NCBI GenBank assembly: GCA_003971905.1
Contig: RSEE01000009.1
Location: forward strand, 434,001-498,000
Origin: Moniliella sp. 'wahieum'
Taxonomy: Eukaryota
Direction: 5' to 3'
Length of the DNA: 64,000 bases
A program made the translations under genes and the position numbers. Each line of letters starts with the position of its first letter. The stretch's first letter is position 1. Positions 39,183 through 52,569 of this stretch are shown here, one piece after another. A model generated the notes under the pieces. It made no database searches. It worked only from the letters and a program-made list of their open reading frames with translations, and was not told where the DNA came from.

Positions 39183-41003
39183 CCCCCCCCCCCCCCTCTT
39201 CCCTCTCTTCCATCCTTTCACACCCCCTTTCACCGGCCATGCATCGGGCCATATGTCATTAAGACATTTATCATGGCAAATCTCTTGGTCACTCAAGTCT
39301 GTACGAAAGCTCACCGAAAGAGTTGCGAGATGGGAGGGAAAAGTCAAGGGCGCACGGAGATTAGTCGCCCTCTGAGATCCGAACCCGACACCGGATCACT
39401 CCGATCACCATAGTCACGGATCACTGACTTCACTTCCAGTACCTCAAATACTTTACCTCCAAAAACTCCACCATTCACTACTATCACTATTCAGTACGCA
39501 CGTCAGTGACCACCACCCTCTGCCCACACACAAAAGATAATCGATAAGTGAATTAAGGTTCAGCGTGACCCTTTGATTCCATCCAACACCCACACCACTC
39601 GCTGTTGCTGACGCTGAGATGGAAAAGTGGAGCAAAACAAGAAGAGTTATGCAGTTATGCAGCTTATGGGCGCTGAACGCTGCGGAGTTTTGTCGAGCAA
39701 TTTGCCCTTCGCGTTCCTATCGCGAATATAGGTGCTTGTGCCTTAACGGGTTTGCCATAGCAGCGTGGCGCAACCTTGATCCGTTTGCTCGTTGGATGAT
39801 CCTTGCATTTGCTGGAGCAGCAGTGTTCCAGCTTCACCCCCCCTGACAAGGTTGTTGAGCCTCTGGTCGCGTCCAAAAAGTTAGCCATGTGTTGCAACAC
39901 AATAAAAAACACAGGGATCGGGAAGATGGACGCATATGGCCATCAAGGTAAACCGCACAGCATGGGCAACTCTTCCGCGATGCAGGGACTAGGGTACCGT
40001 CAGGTGACTGAACAGCAGCTGCTACGGGGACCACTGGACCTGGCGTGAGAGGGCAATATGTAGGTAGTACCGCGCACTGGCGGCACCATCGGCATTGTCT
40101 GCACTCATTGATGGGCTCCGAGCAATTATCGCACGTACTATGCTCCCTCTGAAACGTATCAGACTAGGGCTCATTTCTTGGCCAAAGTGGGCCATACAAA
40201 ATATTACCTCTCCTAGGTTACGGGGGGGGGGGGGGGGTAAGAAGGGGAATGAATTTGCGGTCAAAGGGGGCGCTTTTGCCACTATAAAGCGGGGGCACAG
40301 CACGACCAAACAGTAGGAACAGTAAACACAGTAGGAATAGTAGAGGATCGGCAGGGGGAGACAGTACTACCAAACACCAGAAGAGGGGGGGAGAGAACAT
40401 GACGGGAAACATGCCAATGGACTTATAAACGGCAAAGGAAAAGGTGAGGAAAAGGGGGGCAGTATACGGTGAGAGCATGTGAGCCTGTGAGCCTGCGCGC
40501 ATGCCTGGGAGCGCGAGAGCGTGGAAATCCCGAATGAAGCGGGCCCCGCTGGAGAGGATATAGGACCGGAGGGGAAGGTGCGAAAAGACCGAGACGGATG
40601 CGGGACGGAAAAAGGAGAAGAAAACAAGGGAAACGAAGGGGAAAGGGAGGAGGGCACGTGCCAACCATGCGGAACGAGCCGTTCGAAACGAAGCCCATCG
40701 AATGGGGGCAGAGTGACAGAGGGACAGAGAGGAACGGGGAAGATAGGGGAAACGGGGGAAACGTAGATGGTGGGAGGGTGAAACGAGGTCAAGCAAAGGA
40801 AAGAGGGCAAGAGGGCAAGAGACCCAGAAAACGCATCAGACGTGCCTCGCGCGAAAAGACAACGGGTCCAATGCCGACAACCAACAACCGACAACGGTAT
40901 CGAGGTATAACCAACACAAAACAAGAAAAGGGGAAGCGAGACACCCACAAAACAAGAACCAGAAACGAAGTTTGCATACGCATTACGCCGCGCATGTATC
41001 CCT

Positions 41004-43770
41004 TCACAGGCCCGTCATGTCTCCCTTCAAGGAAGGACTGGCCTGCGCGTGGGATGAGGGATGCGAACCATCGGGAGACGTGCCGGAGGACCAAGCAGGT
41101 GGGACAGCAGACGAGGCGGCTACGCTCGGGGATGCAGTCGGGGAAGAGATGGAGGGAACAGTGGGAGGGGCGAACGTCAAGGCGAGCAAGCAGGCCCGAG
41201 AGCTGGTTCGCATCTTCAGTGAATGCGTACTACTCATCAAGGGCGAATCAAGGAAGTACCCGCGCTTCGCGTCGGATGGGGGGCTCGTCAAAGATGCCGA
41301 GGCACGATGGCCCGGCGCGTCCGAGCGAATAAAGGGTGCTTCTGCACGTCCATGGACAAGGCGGGCATAGTGTTCCAGCTGCATCGCGCGCAGTGCCGAA
41401 GCACTGGGTGCAGGGTACCGCACTCAAGCGTTGATCGTCACGACCAAAGTCTCTGTGGTCGCGATAGTCCTCGGCAGGACGAGGGTAACTGTGAATCGAT
41501 GCGACGCTCGTGGCGCGGTCACGGGCCCAACGTTGCTCCCGCTCCCGCTCCCATTCATGGCTGTCGTACTCTTTCCCAGGAAGCGAGGTAAGATCAACCT
41601 CAAAATCCAATGTGGGCGAGAAAGAGTGGGTGGAAAGGGAATGCGAAAGGGACGAGTGATGCGACAATTGCGATAAACTGGGTGCCAAGGAAACCCCGAT
41701 GCTGTCGATGTATGCGAGCGCGGGGGGTCCTTGTAGCCAAAGGAAGCGAGACTAGTTGGGCCCAGCATACGTTCGCGCGGCGGCATCCGCCGTCGTCCAT
41801 GTATGCGTCCCGCAGGTACTCTGGCAGTGCACCGAGGTGGACGAGTTGAGCCCATCGGGCCCATTCAGAGGCGGGTTGGGTATCTGGTGGGGCGGGCTGC
41901 TGCCGCGCCCCTCCGCAGCAGACCCCAAGCCCATCAAGCGTGGGACAAGGGTAGGGTTCCGCAGGATTTGCTCGCGAAGGGTGGGATCGCTTAAGGCCTC
42001 ACGCAGTGCTTGTTCCTGCTGTGTCGACAAACCAGACAGGCTCGCCGAGGGTGGCTCCGGGCCCGAGCTGCGAGGAGGGGAAGGGCTGGGCACACGGGCG
42101 TACCAACCATCGCTGTCGTGTGATATGTGCGTGGGCCAAGGTGCGTGGTCTCGCTCCAGGGGGACAACTTGGCTCACCTGATTAGCCTGAGCCTGGAGCT
42201 GTTCATGCTGTGCGATCTGGTTGAGAGAGAGAGGGGTGGCTAAGCCTGGCAGGCCAGGCATCGGCATCTGTGCTTCGCCTCCCCCTTGCGCCTGGGTCTG
42301 GGCGAGGGCCAAGCGATGGTGCAAAAGACGAGTCTGGGTCTGGGCATGCAACTGAGCTGCCTTGACCGCGGCCGCACCCGCCGCTGCCTTGTCCGATTGG
42401 GACCGGCCCCAGGACAGGCGGATATAGGATCCCTGGAGAGGGAAACCAGCCATACGATCGATGGCCTGCTGAGCATCTTTCTTGCGCGCGAAAGCAACAA
42501 AGCCACACCCTTGCCTCGCGGAATCTTGACATAGACAATCTCACCGAATGGAGAGAAGAGTGTATGCAACGTCTCTTCGCTCACGGCGGCGCTCAAACCG
42601 CCGACAAAAACAGTGGCGTTGTTGGGGTCAAGTGCGCTTGCGGTATCGGCATGGGAAACCAAACGTTCAAGGGTTGGATGCTCTTGTTCCACCCGTCCAA
42701 AACGGAAGCAAGAGAAGACTGTGCTGCCATGGTCGGCGGTGAAACCGTACCCGATCCGGCCAATTCATTGGGAAGAAGACGAGGATCCTGTCCGTAGGCG
42801 TCGGACTGCGGGGGAGGGTAGGGAGTAGGCAGCGGGGTGAAAGGGATGTGATGATGCTTCTTAGGAGTGGCAGGGGATACGCGAAGGGGACGTGCGGCGG
42901 TAGAGCCGTCGAGGGTTGGATGTAGACGCCTTGCATTTCAATGAGCGCGCGTTGGGCGTCACGTTGGTCGTAAAAACGGACAAAGCCGAAGCCACGCGAT
43001 TGTTGCGTCAAAGGGTCGGTCATGATCTGGGGATGGTCAGTTCTGCACACTGGAGTTTTTTCATGAAAGAAGGGTGTTGGTAGTGGTGGGGACATACCTT
43101 GGCGCCCTTGGTAGATGAAACGGGGCGGGGCCGCAGCGAGCGTGGCCATCAAGGCGGTGCTGCTGGGCAGTAAGGGCAAGAGGGTGGCGCGGAGGCCAAG
43201 GCGGCGGGTGGATGAACTGAGCAACAAGGTCTTCTTCACGGAGCGTAGGCGCCAAGTCGCCAACAAAGATGCTGTACTCATTATCGTAAGGATAGCGGGA
43301 TTCAGGAGGGGGAAGGACAGCGGCGGCAGCAGTTGCAGCCGACACAGCTGCCGAGGCCTGCGGGGTGAGGGAGCGGGCGGATGAATGCTGAGCGGGTGAG
43401 CGAAATGGGCGAAGGAGGTGGAGGAGGGGTTCGTGGAGGACATGGCAGTAGCAAAGTGGGGGCTGGCGAGGCCGAGGTTGGTAGCGCTGCTCGCAGTACT
43501 GAGGGGGAGTGGGGCACACGTGGCAGTGGGTGTTGCCTCTGTCACACTCACGCTGGCGCAGAGCTCGCAGCGAGGCGAGTGAGCAAGGGGGTAGGGGCGT
43601 GGGCGTGGGTGAGGGCGGAGGCAGCGGGCAGTGGGCATTGCTCATGTTCATGCGTGCAGTCGTGGCAAAAACGAGGCAGCGGAGGGGGAGAGGGGGGAGG
43701 AGGAGGAGGTGGTGGTGGTTGTGGTGGGGATGCGGTGGCCCAAAGGGGAAGCGCAGATCGCCGCTGACAT
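41004..43770 (-). CDS. Ngr1/Nam8/Csx1-family RRM RNA-binding protein; intron 43027-43097
   Basis: EYSIFVGDLAP, IMTDPLTQQSRGFGFVRFYDQRDAQRALIEMQG, DPNNATVFVGGLS...FSPFGEIVYVKIP, MAGFPLQGSYIRLSWGRS. Both ends uncertain. Confidence 0.85.
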
Positions 43771-43943
43771 GGACAGCGAAGCGAGCGCAGGCCAGCCACC
43801 CGTGCGCGTCACTGGCCATTTGCCCCTCGCCACACACAGCGCCCTGGCCTGACGCTTGCCCTGCCACCGCACATAGACACTGGCGCACTGCTGGGGGGGG
43901 GGCGCCCTTTGGGGCGCTTGCCGCCATCCTCCGGTACCGAGTA

Positions 43944-44465
43944 TCAGCGCTCAGGCGCCCAGGTTCATTGAACAGCTTAAGCCTAAGCGCTGTTGTATGT
44001 GACAGACATGCGACCGGGTTACGGATGATCGGTGACCGCTGATCTTGTCCAGTAGTGATAGAGTGACTAGTACTAGTGTGTGTTGGTGACGCGGTGACGT
44101 GTGTCGTGTCCTATGATCGAATAATCGATGATCGATGATCGGCAATCGGTGATCCTGTGACCTCGTCCCGCATCAGTGACCTGCACCTAATGCCAAGCAG
44201 AGCGCTACTGACATGGCTGACATGCGTGAGCGCTGACATGTGACATGTGATGCATGTGACAAGGCAATACTTCAGCTGCGGCAGCGCGGCAACGCAGTCG
44301 CACGCCGAACCACTGCCCCCGTACCCCCTCTCTCCTAAGAAAAAAAGGGGCCCTAGGGTTGGCTCCACCTGTCCAGGGGCGAAGGAAGGTGTGGCAAACG
44401 TACCAAACAAGCCAGGTTGGCGATCATCGATCATCGATCACCGATCGCCGACATCGATCGATCAC
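43944..44465. repeat. TNA+palindromic 4-mer arrays (TCGA, CATG, GCGC, CTAG)
   Basis: 44122 TAA tcga TGA tcga TGA tcgg CAA tcgg TGA; 44227 TGA gcgc TGA catg TGA catg TGA tgca; 44424 TCA tcga TCA tcga TCA. Confidence 0.8.
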
Positions 44466-45149
44466 TGGCTGCTCCGAGCACAGCAAGCGCCTGGCTCCGA
44501 CTGTGCATCCAAACAAGCCACACATGCTGCCCAGCGCTGCCCAGCACCGGCACCTCCTGCACCCCGCCACGCACCGCTGCCTTGGGCTGCCTGCCGTCAG
44601 CGCGTCACCATGGTACGTAATCAGCTGTTTCCAACTGCTTGCTACCTGCCCTAGAACGCATCCCACGTCAAGTGTGGTGGCAAGCAATATAACCAGTGCT
44701 TATCGGTACGTCTGAACAAGCCTGCGCGTGTATAGTACGGCGGATAGCGCCTACGATACATACATGCAGCCATCTACGGGACCAGGGAGCATACCCAAGC
44801 CAGCTGCTTCAAGGATGGATGCCGTACGACCCTTCTAAACCAAAGAGAGGATGGCATGCATCGCTAAAACTGCGGCACAAATCAGGTAGGATGGTTGCGA
44901 GGATCCTGCTGGCAGGCCAAAGTCCAACGAACGTCGAATAGGCACCTAGCAAAACCGGGTAGCGACAGCATGGGAGGGGCGAAAACATGGGACACAGGCT
45001 GGAGGAGGGAATGAGGGTTGAAAAAAGCATGTGGGGGGAAGATGAAGAATCGTTGCCAGAGATGTGGCGCCCGTGACATGGGTACGGGGAGAGAGGGAAT
45101 GCCGAAAAAAAGGAGGACAAGACGGTGGGAATGCTGAATGCGGAAGGCG

Positions 45150-48100
45150 GGTTGGCTAGCGAGCGTGTGGGAGTGGGCGTTCTCCCTGCAAACGGGTCGA
45201 GCCGCGCGATCAAATCGGGGTCGAGCGCCCACTGCGCTGCGCGCGACTGGATAGGCGACACGGTGGGTCGCAGCCTAAGGGTCAGAGCTGTTGGGCCTGT
45301 CTTGGCAGGCCAGGAAGGAAGTGGGACGCAAGTTGGTCCTCTCGACAATCGGCACAGTTTCCCACTCGTCCAGATCTAGCCGGTCCATCCGCCGCTCGAC
45401 ATGTGTCAAGGACGGGTCGAGCAGCTGTCCGGGCAAGGGGACCGCGTCCGCAGGTTCGCGTGCCTGTGCTTGGGTGTAGTCCAATGAACCCCACGCTGGT
45501 CCGTCTTCTCCCCGATCCAGGTGTGGCTCGGCCCGCGGCGGGTAAATAATCCTCCCTGCTCGAGACTCATACTCAGTCGGACAAGGCTTCCATAGATACA
45601 GTTAGACGACGAAAGCCATTGAGCGAGCGGGATTGCGGGTCGGACGGATGGAGAGTTTCCATTACGAGTTCCATCGTGCTCGGGTCGGCCATTTCGGGCG
45701 TACGCGCCTGGGAGGGCGGGAGGGCCTGCATGCCCTGCGAAGACGGAATGGGCATGTGTCCCACTCCGAGCGTCACGGCCGCCTGGGTTGCCGCACGAGC
45801 ATATGCGTCTTCAGCTCGCTCCCCATCTTGGGGCAGCATTACGTTAACCGCATGGCATGCAGCTGCTGCTTCGACGTACAGATGTTGTGAACTGGTAGAC
45901 GGCGGGCGCAGCCCCGCCGGCTCGGTGGGGTGGAGCATTCGCCGCCAAATGAGGTAAAGAACCGAGAGGTAATCTCTCAGGGCGTGCACCCCACGGCCAG
46001 AATAGACACAGAACGTGGAGCGCTGATGCTCATTGAACTCGGGGGGGGAGCACGGCACATACGCTGCAATTCCTTTTTGCGGAACGCCGGCACGCCTGTA
46101 AGCGACAAGTGAGTGAGCTTGTTGAGCTTGAGCACGGCATAATACACCCCTGGGACAGTAAGGCGCTCGCAATACGACAAGTGAATCCGTTCTAGTGAAG
46201 TGTGTCGTTCGACAAGCGAGATGAGCGAAGCGTCAGTCAGTCCTTGCACCTTAACAAGTCCAATCCGACGTAGCTTGGGTAGACTCAAGCCAATCTCCCG
46301 AATCGCAGCATCTGTCAGGCCAGGACAATAGGCCAAGTCGATGTATCGCAATCGAGTGCAACTGCGCACCAGGAATTTGACACCCCGGTCCGTGACCCTA
46401 AGAGTAAGAGTAAGAGTCATGCATAGTCAGCATCGTAGGACAACGGGCAACTCGGTGGCGACACAGAAACGTACTTTTCACACCGGCCCAATGGAGGTAG
46501 TGAAGGTTTTTGCCCAACGAGAAATGGCGTAGATGGCATCGTCGGTCAGGAGCGAACATTTCGACAGGACCAGATTCCGCAATTTGGGAGAGTGGTTAAC
46601 AATCCCCTCAATGGCAGAGTCTGTGATCTGGTTGCAGTTGCCCAAGTCGAGGATCCGGAGCTGCTCAAAGATACGTGGTGGCCTGGGAGGGAGCACCATG
46701 TGAGCAGGTGGTGGGAGGCGCACTGCCATCTGAGTCGAAACCTCGGGCGCGGCTGGAGCGGGAGAGTGTGAAGCTGGCAGAGATGATAGTGGCGAGTTGT
46801 ACATATCCTCTTCGTGTGTCACGTCATCCACATCAAGGAGTGCCACCTGGGACATATCACCTATCCCGGCTTGGGCAGCGTCATCTTCCCGTTCATTATC
46901 GAGGATGATGCCGTTGGGAAGAATGTTAGTGCGGCGCATGAGGCCAGCGTTGTGGGCCGGAAAGCCAAAAGAAGTGAGTTGCACACAGCCTGTGAGCTTG
47001 AGCTCGCGAAGGATGTGAGTGTGTCGCCAGACGGCCGCCACCCCCTCGTCTGAGACTTCGATACACCCCGTAAGATCAATCTCCAAAAGGTGGCGACAGT
47101 GTCGCGCGAGGGCAACAACAGCACGATTATCGACCAATGTACAGTTGCCAAGTTTAACGCGACGGAGAAGGGAACAATTTAGAGCAAGGGAAACGACACC
47201 GTTGCTTGAAATATCTCGGTACAGTTGGTGAGGTTGATGCCCTGGAGGTGGGGACAAGCCTTGGCGATCGCCTCGAGCGTTTCGTCCTTCAGCTCAGCCA
47301 CGTCCGTCAGGTCGATGGCGACCATGGAAGTGCAACGAGGAAGCACATCGCGCAAGACATCGTCGGACAGGTGTTTGGCCCCTGCCAAGGTCAGCCTTTC
47401 CAATTGGCTGCAATGTGCGAGTGCGCGCAACACCTCGGCCCGAGGACCCACTAGGTCCTTGCTAATCAGACAGCAATTGATCCTTCGCACGTATTCGTGG
47501 TAGGGGAACATGGTACCAGGTTGTCCAGACTCCCCATCTTTCTCTGCGAGAGAAGCGACGGAAGCAAAGGCAGAGGTTAGTGATGAGGTGGAGGAGGACG
47601 AAATGAAGTCCAACGATGGTGGTGGCGGAAGTAGGGTGTTGGCATCAGAAATTGCAGGTTCCGCGACTGCTGGTTCTATAGACACAGACAAACCGTCGGT
47701 CGTATCCGCCATACTGTCCGACACAGGATTTTCGGCGGCAGGTACGCCGCCAGTGGAGTGATCCGAGAGTTGAAGGATCGCGAGGGATGACTGGAAAGAC
47801 GGGGACAAAGCCTGCCCGGTGGAGCGAGCCAAGGTCGCAATCATACGGTCAAACACATGTGGAGAGTGAAATGTGTGTTTGTGCCAGAGAAGCTCGAGCC
47901 CAGCATAGCACCATCGATGGTTGACGACCAAGCACTCTGTCAGGTCGGCTGGACCGTTGGCCTGGACACGTCGGAGAACCTGAAGCAAGATCTCGTGAGG
48001 GAGTGTGGCGAAGGTTGTCTTGGGTGCAGTTTCATTCTCCGACGGAAGCGAACAGGGGGTTCTTAAGCTGATGCTCATCTCCCTCTTCGCTCTCGTCGGC

Positions 48101-48621
48101 AGATATCTGGTCCTCGTCATCGCGCCAAGAAGCAGACGTGGATTGGGCAGAGGCAAAAGCGGAAGAGGCTGAAGGAGGAGGCGAGGTTGAACGGGAACGG
48201 GACAGAGAAGACGAGCGGGACAGAGTGCCAATGACAGAGAGACCCTGGTTCCGAGGTCGCGACTGACGAGGGCGAGGTGTGCCGATCGAGCTGGAACCAC
48301 TGGGACCCCAGTCGGCCGATAGGGGAGTTGCGGATGAGCTCGGCAGCGACAACAGGGCGGGAAAGGTACTGGTATCTACGATCCTCTGAGGCTCGGTGGA
48401 GGAGGTGGCATGGGCCAGGGCCCTGGACGCGAGGAAGGAGAGGGGACGAGGGTGTCTCTGCGCGTGAGGAGCGGGGTACGCAAGGCATCCGGGTCTTGAG
48501 CATCGGGCGAATCGAAAGCGGTGGTGGCAAGGTCGTGGGGGCGGGCAGGCCGTGAGAGAGATGCCGAAAGGGGAGGCGTTCGCAGTGGGTGGAAGGGCGA
48601 GCGGAGCGGCGGGGCGTCCAT
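45150..48621 (-). CDS. GRR1: F-box/leucine-rich-repeat SCF subunit Grr1
   Basis: F-box LPHEILLQVLRR, MFPYHEYVRRIN, LRRs (LERLTLAGAK, LRYIDLAYC, LPKLRRIGLVKV, LERIHLSYCERLT), CSPPEFNEHQRSTFCVYSGRGVHALRDYL. Intron at ~46398-46474. 3' end uncertain. Confidence 0.9.
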
Positions 48622-49027
48622 GGCGAGAGGATGGGGGAGGTGGAGTCCGGGGGTGGCGAGAGGGGCAGAGCAGGTCGGGCGGCGGAGAGCAGCGGCGACT
48701 GCGTAACAATGCATCGTACCTGCGTCACTGACGCGTGATGGGCATGCATGCATGACGGCGTCTGCCGGGCCTTGCCCAGGCAGCGCCGCCCCACCAGGCC
48801 GCCGCCACCACCAGTGCCACCCAGCAGGCACACTGCTCCTGCGCCGGGCCCCGCCCACCCACCGCCCCAGTCACCGGCCCCTGGTCACTGGTCACGTGCC
48901 ATGGTATCATATATCAACCCCCTGACGGAGTAGATGCGTGGGGCTGCGTTGGTGCCTGCTCGCACTGGGTAGCTGCCACCGCAGCGGCAAACCTGCTGAC
49001 CCATCGCAGATCCCACATCCACACATC

Positions 49028-49063
49028 ACATTTCACATTTCACATTTCACATTTCACATTTCA
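49028..49063. repeat. 7-bp tandem (TCA catt)n, a one-mismatch variant of TCA catg
   Basis: tcacatttcacatttcacatttcacatttcacatttcac. Confidence 0.8.
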
Positions 49064-49539
49064 CCCTCCGGTCCCTTGTTGTCTACCTATCTCCACCCCC
49101 CACGCGCAACAATACCAACACCACATGCCACACACCACAACAACACATCACAAGTTTTAGGTTGCTGAATGAACGTTCAAGTTGAACTCGCTCCCCCCAC
49201 CAGCGTTGGCCGTGCCTAATGCGCTGCGGCCGCCAGGGGCAACTTGGCTACACCAAGTGAAGCATGCTTGAACGTTGAACACAAAAATGAAAAAAAAGCG
49301 ATTGCAGTTTTTCAAATCTCTCTCATCTCAAACGCTCGTTACAGCGTTTCCTTGTTTGTTCTTCCTTCACCACCCCCACCTCTTCGCTCCGCTCGTTGTA
49401 GTTCAGATCTCAGACCGCGCCGTCTGTCTGCCGTAGTACGTCGCCACAGGCCTAAGGTCCAGTACGCCACACTAGATGATGAGAGGCGACGCGATTCTGT
49501 ACCAGGAGTTAGTCATCTCGGTGGAATCACTGCCCGCGC

Positions 49540-49730
49540 TCTACGTTCAACTCAGTACTCAGCTCAGCCTGAGCGCTCAGGGCCTAAGCGGATACTCGCT
49601 ATTTGAGTACTCCCACTGCACTCACTCAGGTCAGTACGGTCAATCGTACTCAGTGTCGTCAGTTACTCAGTAACTCAGCTATTCGTCAGCGCCTCAGCAC
49701 TCTTCAGCCTCTCAGCCAGGCTGAGCCTGC
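49540..49730. repeat. TNA+palindromic 4-mer arrays (GTAC, GCGC, GGCC), degenerate
   Basis: TCA gtac TCA gc TCA gcc TGA gcgc TCA g ggcc TAA. Confidence 0.65.
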
Positions 49731-50117
49731 TGACTGGAACCTGCCCACCGCGCACTTCGGGCGGAGGCTCGGCTGTATACTGATGGAAACAGCTGGTGAT
49801 ATTCCTTGGTTGTCAAAACCCCTGTATGCCTGAATTTGGAGCACTAAACATTTGGTGGGCAAGCATCAGGGTTTAGACCTTCGGTCTTCTATCTCGGCAC
49901 TTATCAACGGAATACTCCGTAGCATCGATTATAGGTTGGAAGACAATCGATATGATATCGATATGATGTTCAACGTGCCAACGGGGAGCAGCCTGCCCAT
50001 GTGCAAGCCGGATATAAGAAAGAGAAAGAAGAACAATGCAACGCAAGGCTACAAGAAACCCTTGAGCCTGAAATTTGAATGGACCCAAAGGATGGACGTG
50101 AGAGAAAGAATGGGACA

Positions 50118-52352
50118 CTAGGCCACCGACACGGTGGGCGTAATCACCCTCCTACGCGTGTAGACCGTACCCGCTTCGACGTCATCGTCCAAGTCAACGT
50201 TCTTACCATCGTTGCGCTCCCCCCGGCAGCCAAAGTCTGGGCAAAGATGGAGCGTTCGCGCACATGCTCGCCCTTCCACCACAGAATGTAAATGGGGAAG
50301 ATGATGAGGATCGAAGCAAAGGCAAGCAAGGTAGTCGCCCACTCGTAACCCATCTTTTCGTACATCGGCACAGAGAACATGGCAGAAATCCCAGCGAGGA
50401 AATCACGCGCAAGGGCATTGCCACCGCAAGCACTCGCACTGTCGTTTGTGTCAGTAACCCTTTTTCATGAAAGCAGAAAAGAGATAGAAGCGTACCTGTA
50501 AGGGCCATAGGCAGCAATCATGTAGTCGACAGTAGCAAAGTAGATGGAGTAGTTGGCCATCGAGATGAGCGCACTAAAAATCAACGGTGCAATCCAGTGT
50601 GACTTAGGGGGCCCCAGCGAGGTCCAGGCAAAACCAAACAGGACAAGGTCTCCCACGGACAAAGGAAAAGAGTAAGTAAGTCAATCGAGCTTCGGGTGTG
50701 AGCGAATGGCGATCGAGTTTCCTCTGCTTGAGCTCCCATCTAAAACGAGGAAGATAGAGTGCCCACGCAAGAAGGTAGCCAACGATGACTGAGAGGAAGG
50801 CGAGACCGACTTCGACGGTGGTGAACTTCCACTGGCCAAAGACAAGCTCGAAACTTTCTTGGAAAATGAAGATGAGCATGTCGCTAAACCCAGAAAGCAG
50901 AGAGCAGAATAGCACAATTGGCTCCCGCACAAACATCTCGAAAGGACGGATCCAATGGGTAGCCATAGACTTGAGGTTGATGCTTCCCTTGGCCTCGGCA
51001 GGGCCCCAGATGTTGGTCTCGCCCGCGCGGCGACGGCGACGCGCTTCACGGTCAAGGAGGATGGTTGAACGTGTCTCCGGCACAATAAAGAAGTGCAGGA
51101 GTTGCGTAAGGCCGTTGAAACACAGTTGACTCCAGAAGTTCCAAATCAACGGCACACCAGGGATGCCAAGGAACCCACCAATGAAGGCACCTCCCGACAC
51201 ACCGAAACATGAAAGGAGCACCATAAACGCCAGTGCATACTGCTGCTCGTCCGGTTCAAACAGGTCGGCCACAACAGCGAGAGTAACACCACCATTAGCC
51301 GTGAAGAGGCCGCAGAAAAAGCGCGACACGACAATCGAGCCGAAGTTAGGTGCCAAGGCGGCCAAGATGGTAAAGCCTGATCGCCGGCCACGTGTGTCAG
51401 CTCACCGTATACAAAAAAATGGAGACGAGAACTGGTACGCACAGTTGACGAGGGTCAAAGACAATTGCAAGATTGGCTTCCTCCCGAATTCCTCAGACCA
51501 CGGGCCCACAATTCACACCCGAAACTGTAAGCAACCAGGTAAATCATTTGCCCCACGCGGGCCGCCTGTGCGCTCACATGGAACTTTTCCACAATCCCGG
51601 ACAGCATTGGAGTAGCACGATGTGTTGTAGTTCATCGACACTTGAATCAGGGCGGTAAAGACAAGGGTCATCCACTTCTTCCAAGTGGGGAAGGAATAAC
51701 CCGTGGCAAGGTATCCAGCACGCTCTGTCAGCACGATCTTTCCCTCTTCATTGGGCCGCAGCTGTGCCTCGCCCTCAATTGCCTTTTCAGTATTGGACTT
51801 GAGCAGGTCATTCTTGTGCTCAATTCGCTTGATTTCGTGTGGGTAATAAGTCCGCAGTCGTTCACCGATGCCGGGATGACGGATCTTGACCCGCCCATCG
51901 GGGTACTGGAAGGCGGTTAGACCAGGGTCTTCCGTGTTTTCCTGCGGCGCCTGTGGCTCCTCGTTGGCCTTCTCGTCCCGGCTGGCGACCGAGGTCTGAG
52001 AGCCATCCTCGTTGGATGCGGGCGCAGGTGTGCTGACGTCTTGCGTCGAAGCTGGCATGGACGGTGTGGGAACCCGCCCCATGTCCATTGCTTCAGGAGG
52101 CGGGGCACCCCGACTACTCATGTCACCGGGACGGAGCAGGGCATGGATGGCAGCGGCAGGAATGCTACGAGTGCGGCTCTTGGTCCGCGAGTGCGCCGTG
52201 TCGAGCTCAGGGCCCGCGTCGTCCGAGACGGCTGTCTCGTCAGCCGTGGAGCCCGGCTGAGCATTGGTCAATGCCGCACGCGCTTCAGCTGCGGCACTCT
52301 GGGAAGGCGTCGACGCCTCACCAACAGTGTGGTGTGGCTCGGTGCTTGTCAT
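50118..52352 (-). CDS. MFS drug:H+ antiporter (DHA1 family) with long disordered N-terminus
   Basis: GYSFPTWKKWMTL, ALAPNFGSIVVSRFFCG, LAVVADLFEPDEQ, VPETRSTILLDREARRRR, RPFEMFVREPIVLFCSLLSGFSD, PEARL, DYMIAAYGPY, PMYEKMGYEWATTLLA. Confidence 0.92.
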
Positions 52353-52569
52353 GATTGTGGCTGGTAAGTTGGGTAGGTGGATGGGTGGTGATGGTGGTGA
52401 TGAGATAGGGGATCCACCAACGCCTCAGCGCTGAAGGAAGGAAGGAGAACAAGAGAGTGCAAATCTGCATACACAAGGAGTGTGACCACGGGAGGGGGAG
52501 TGTGGTCCTATAACGTGTGACGTGAACCGACCCGCCTGCATTTACAACAGAAGCAGGCTCGTGCGAAAA

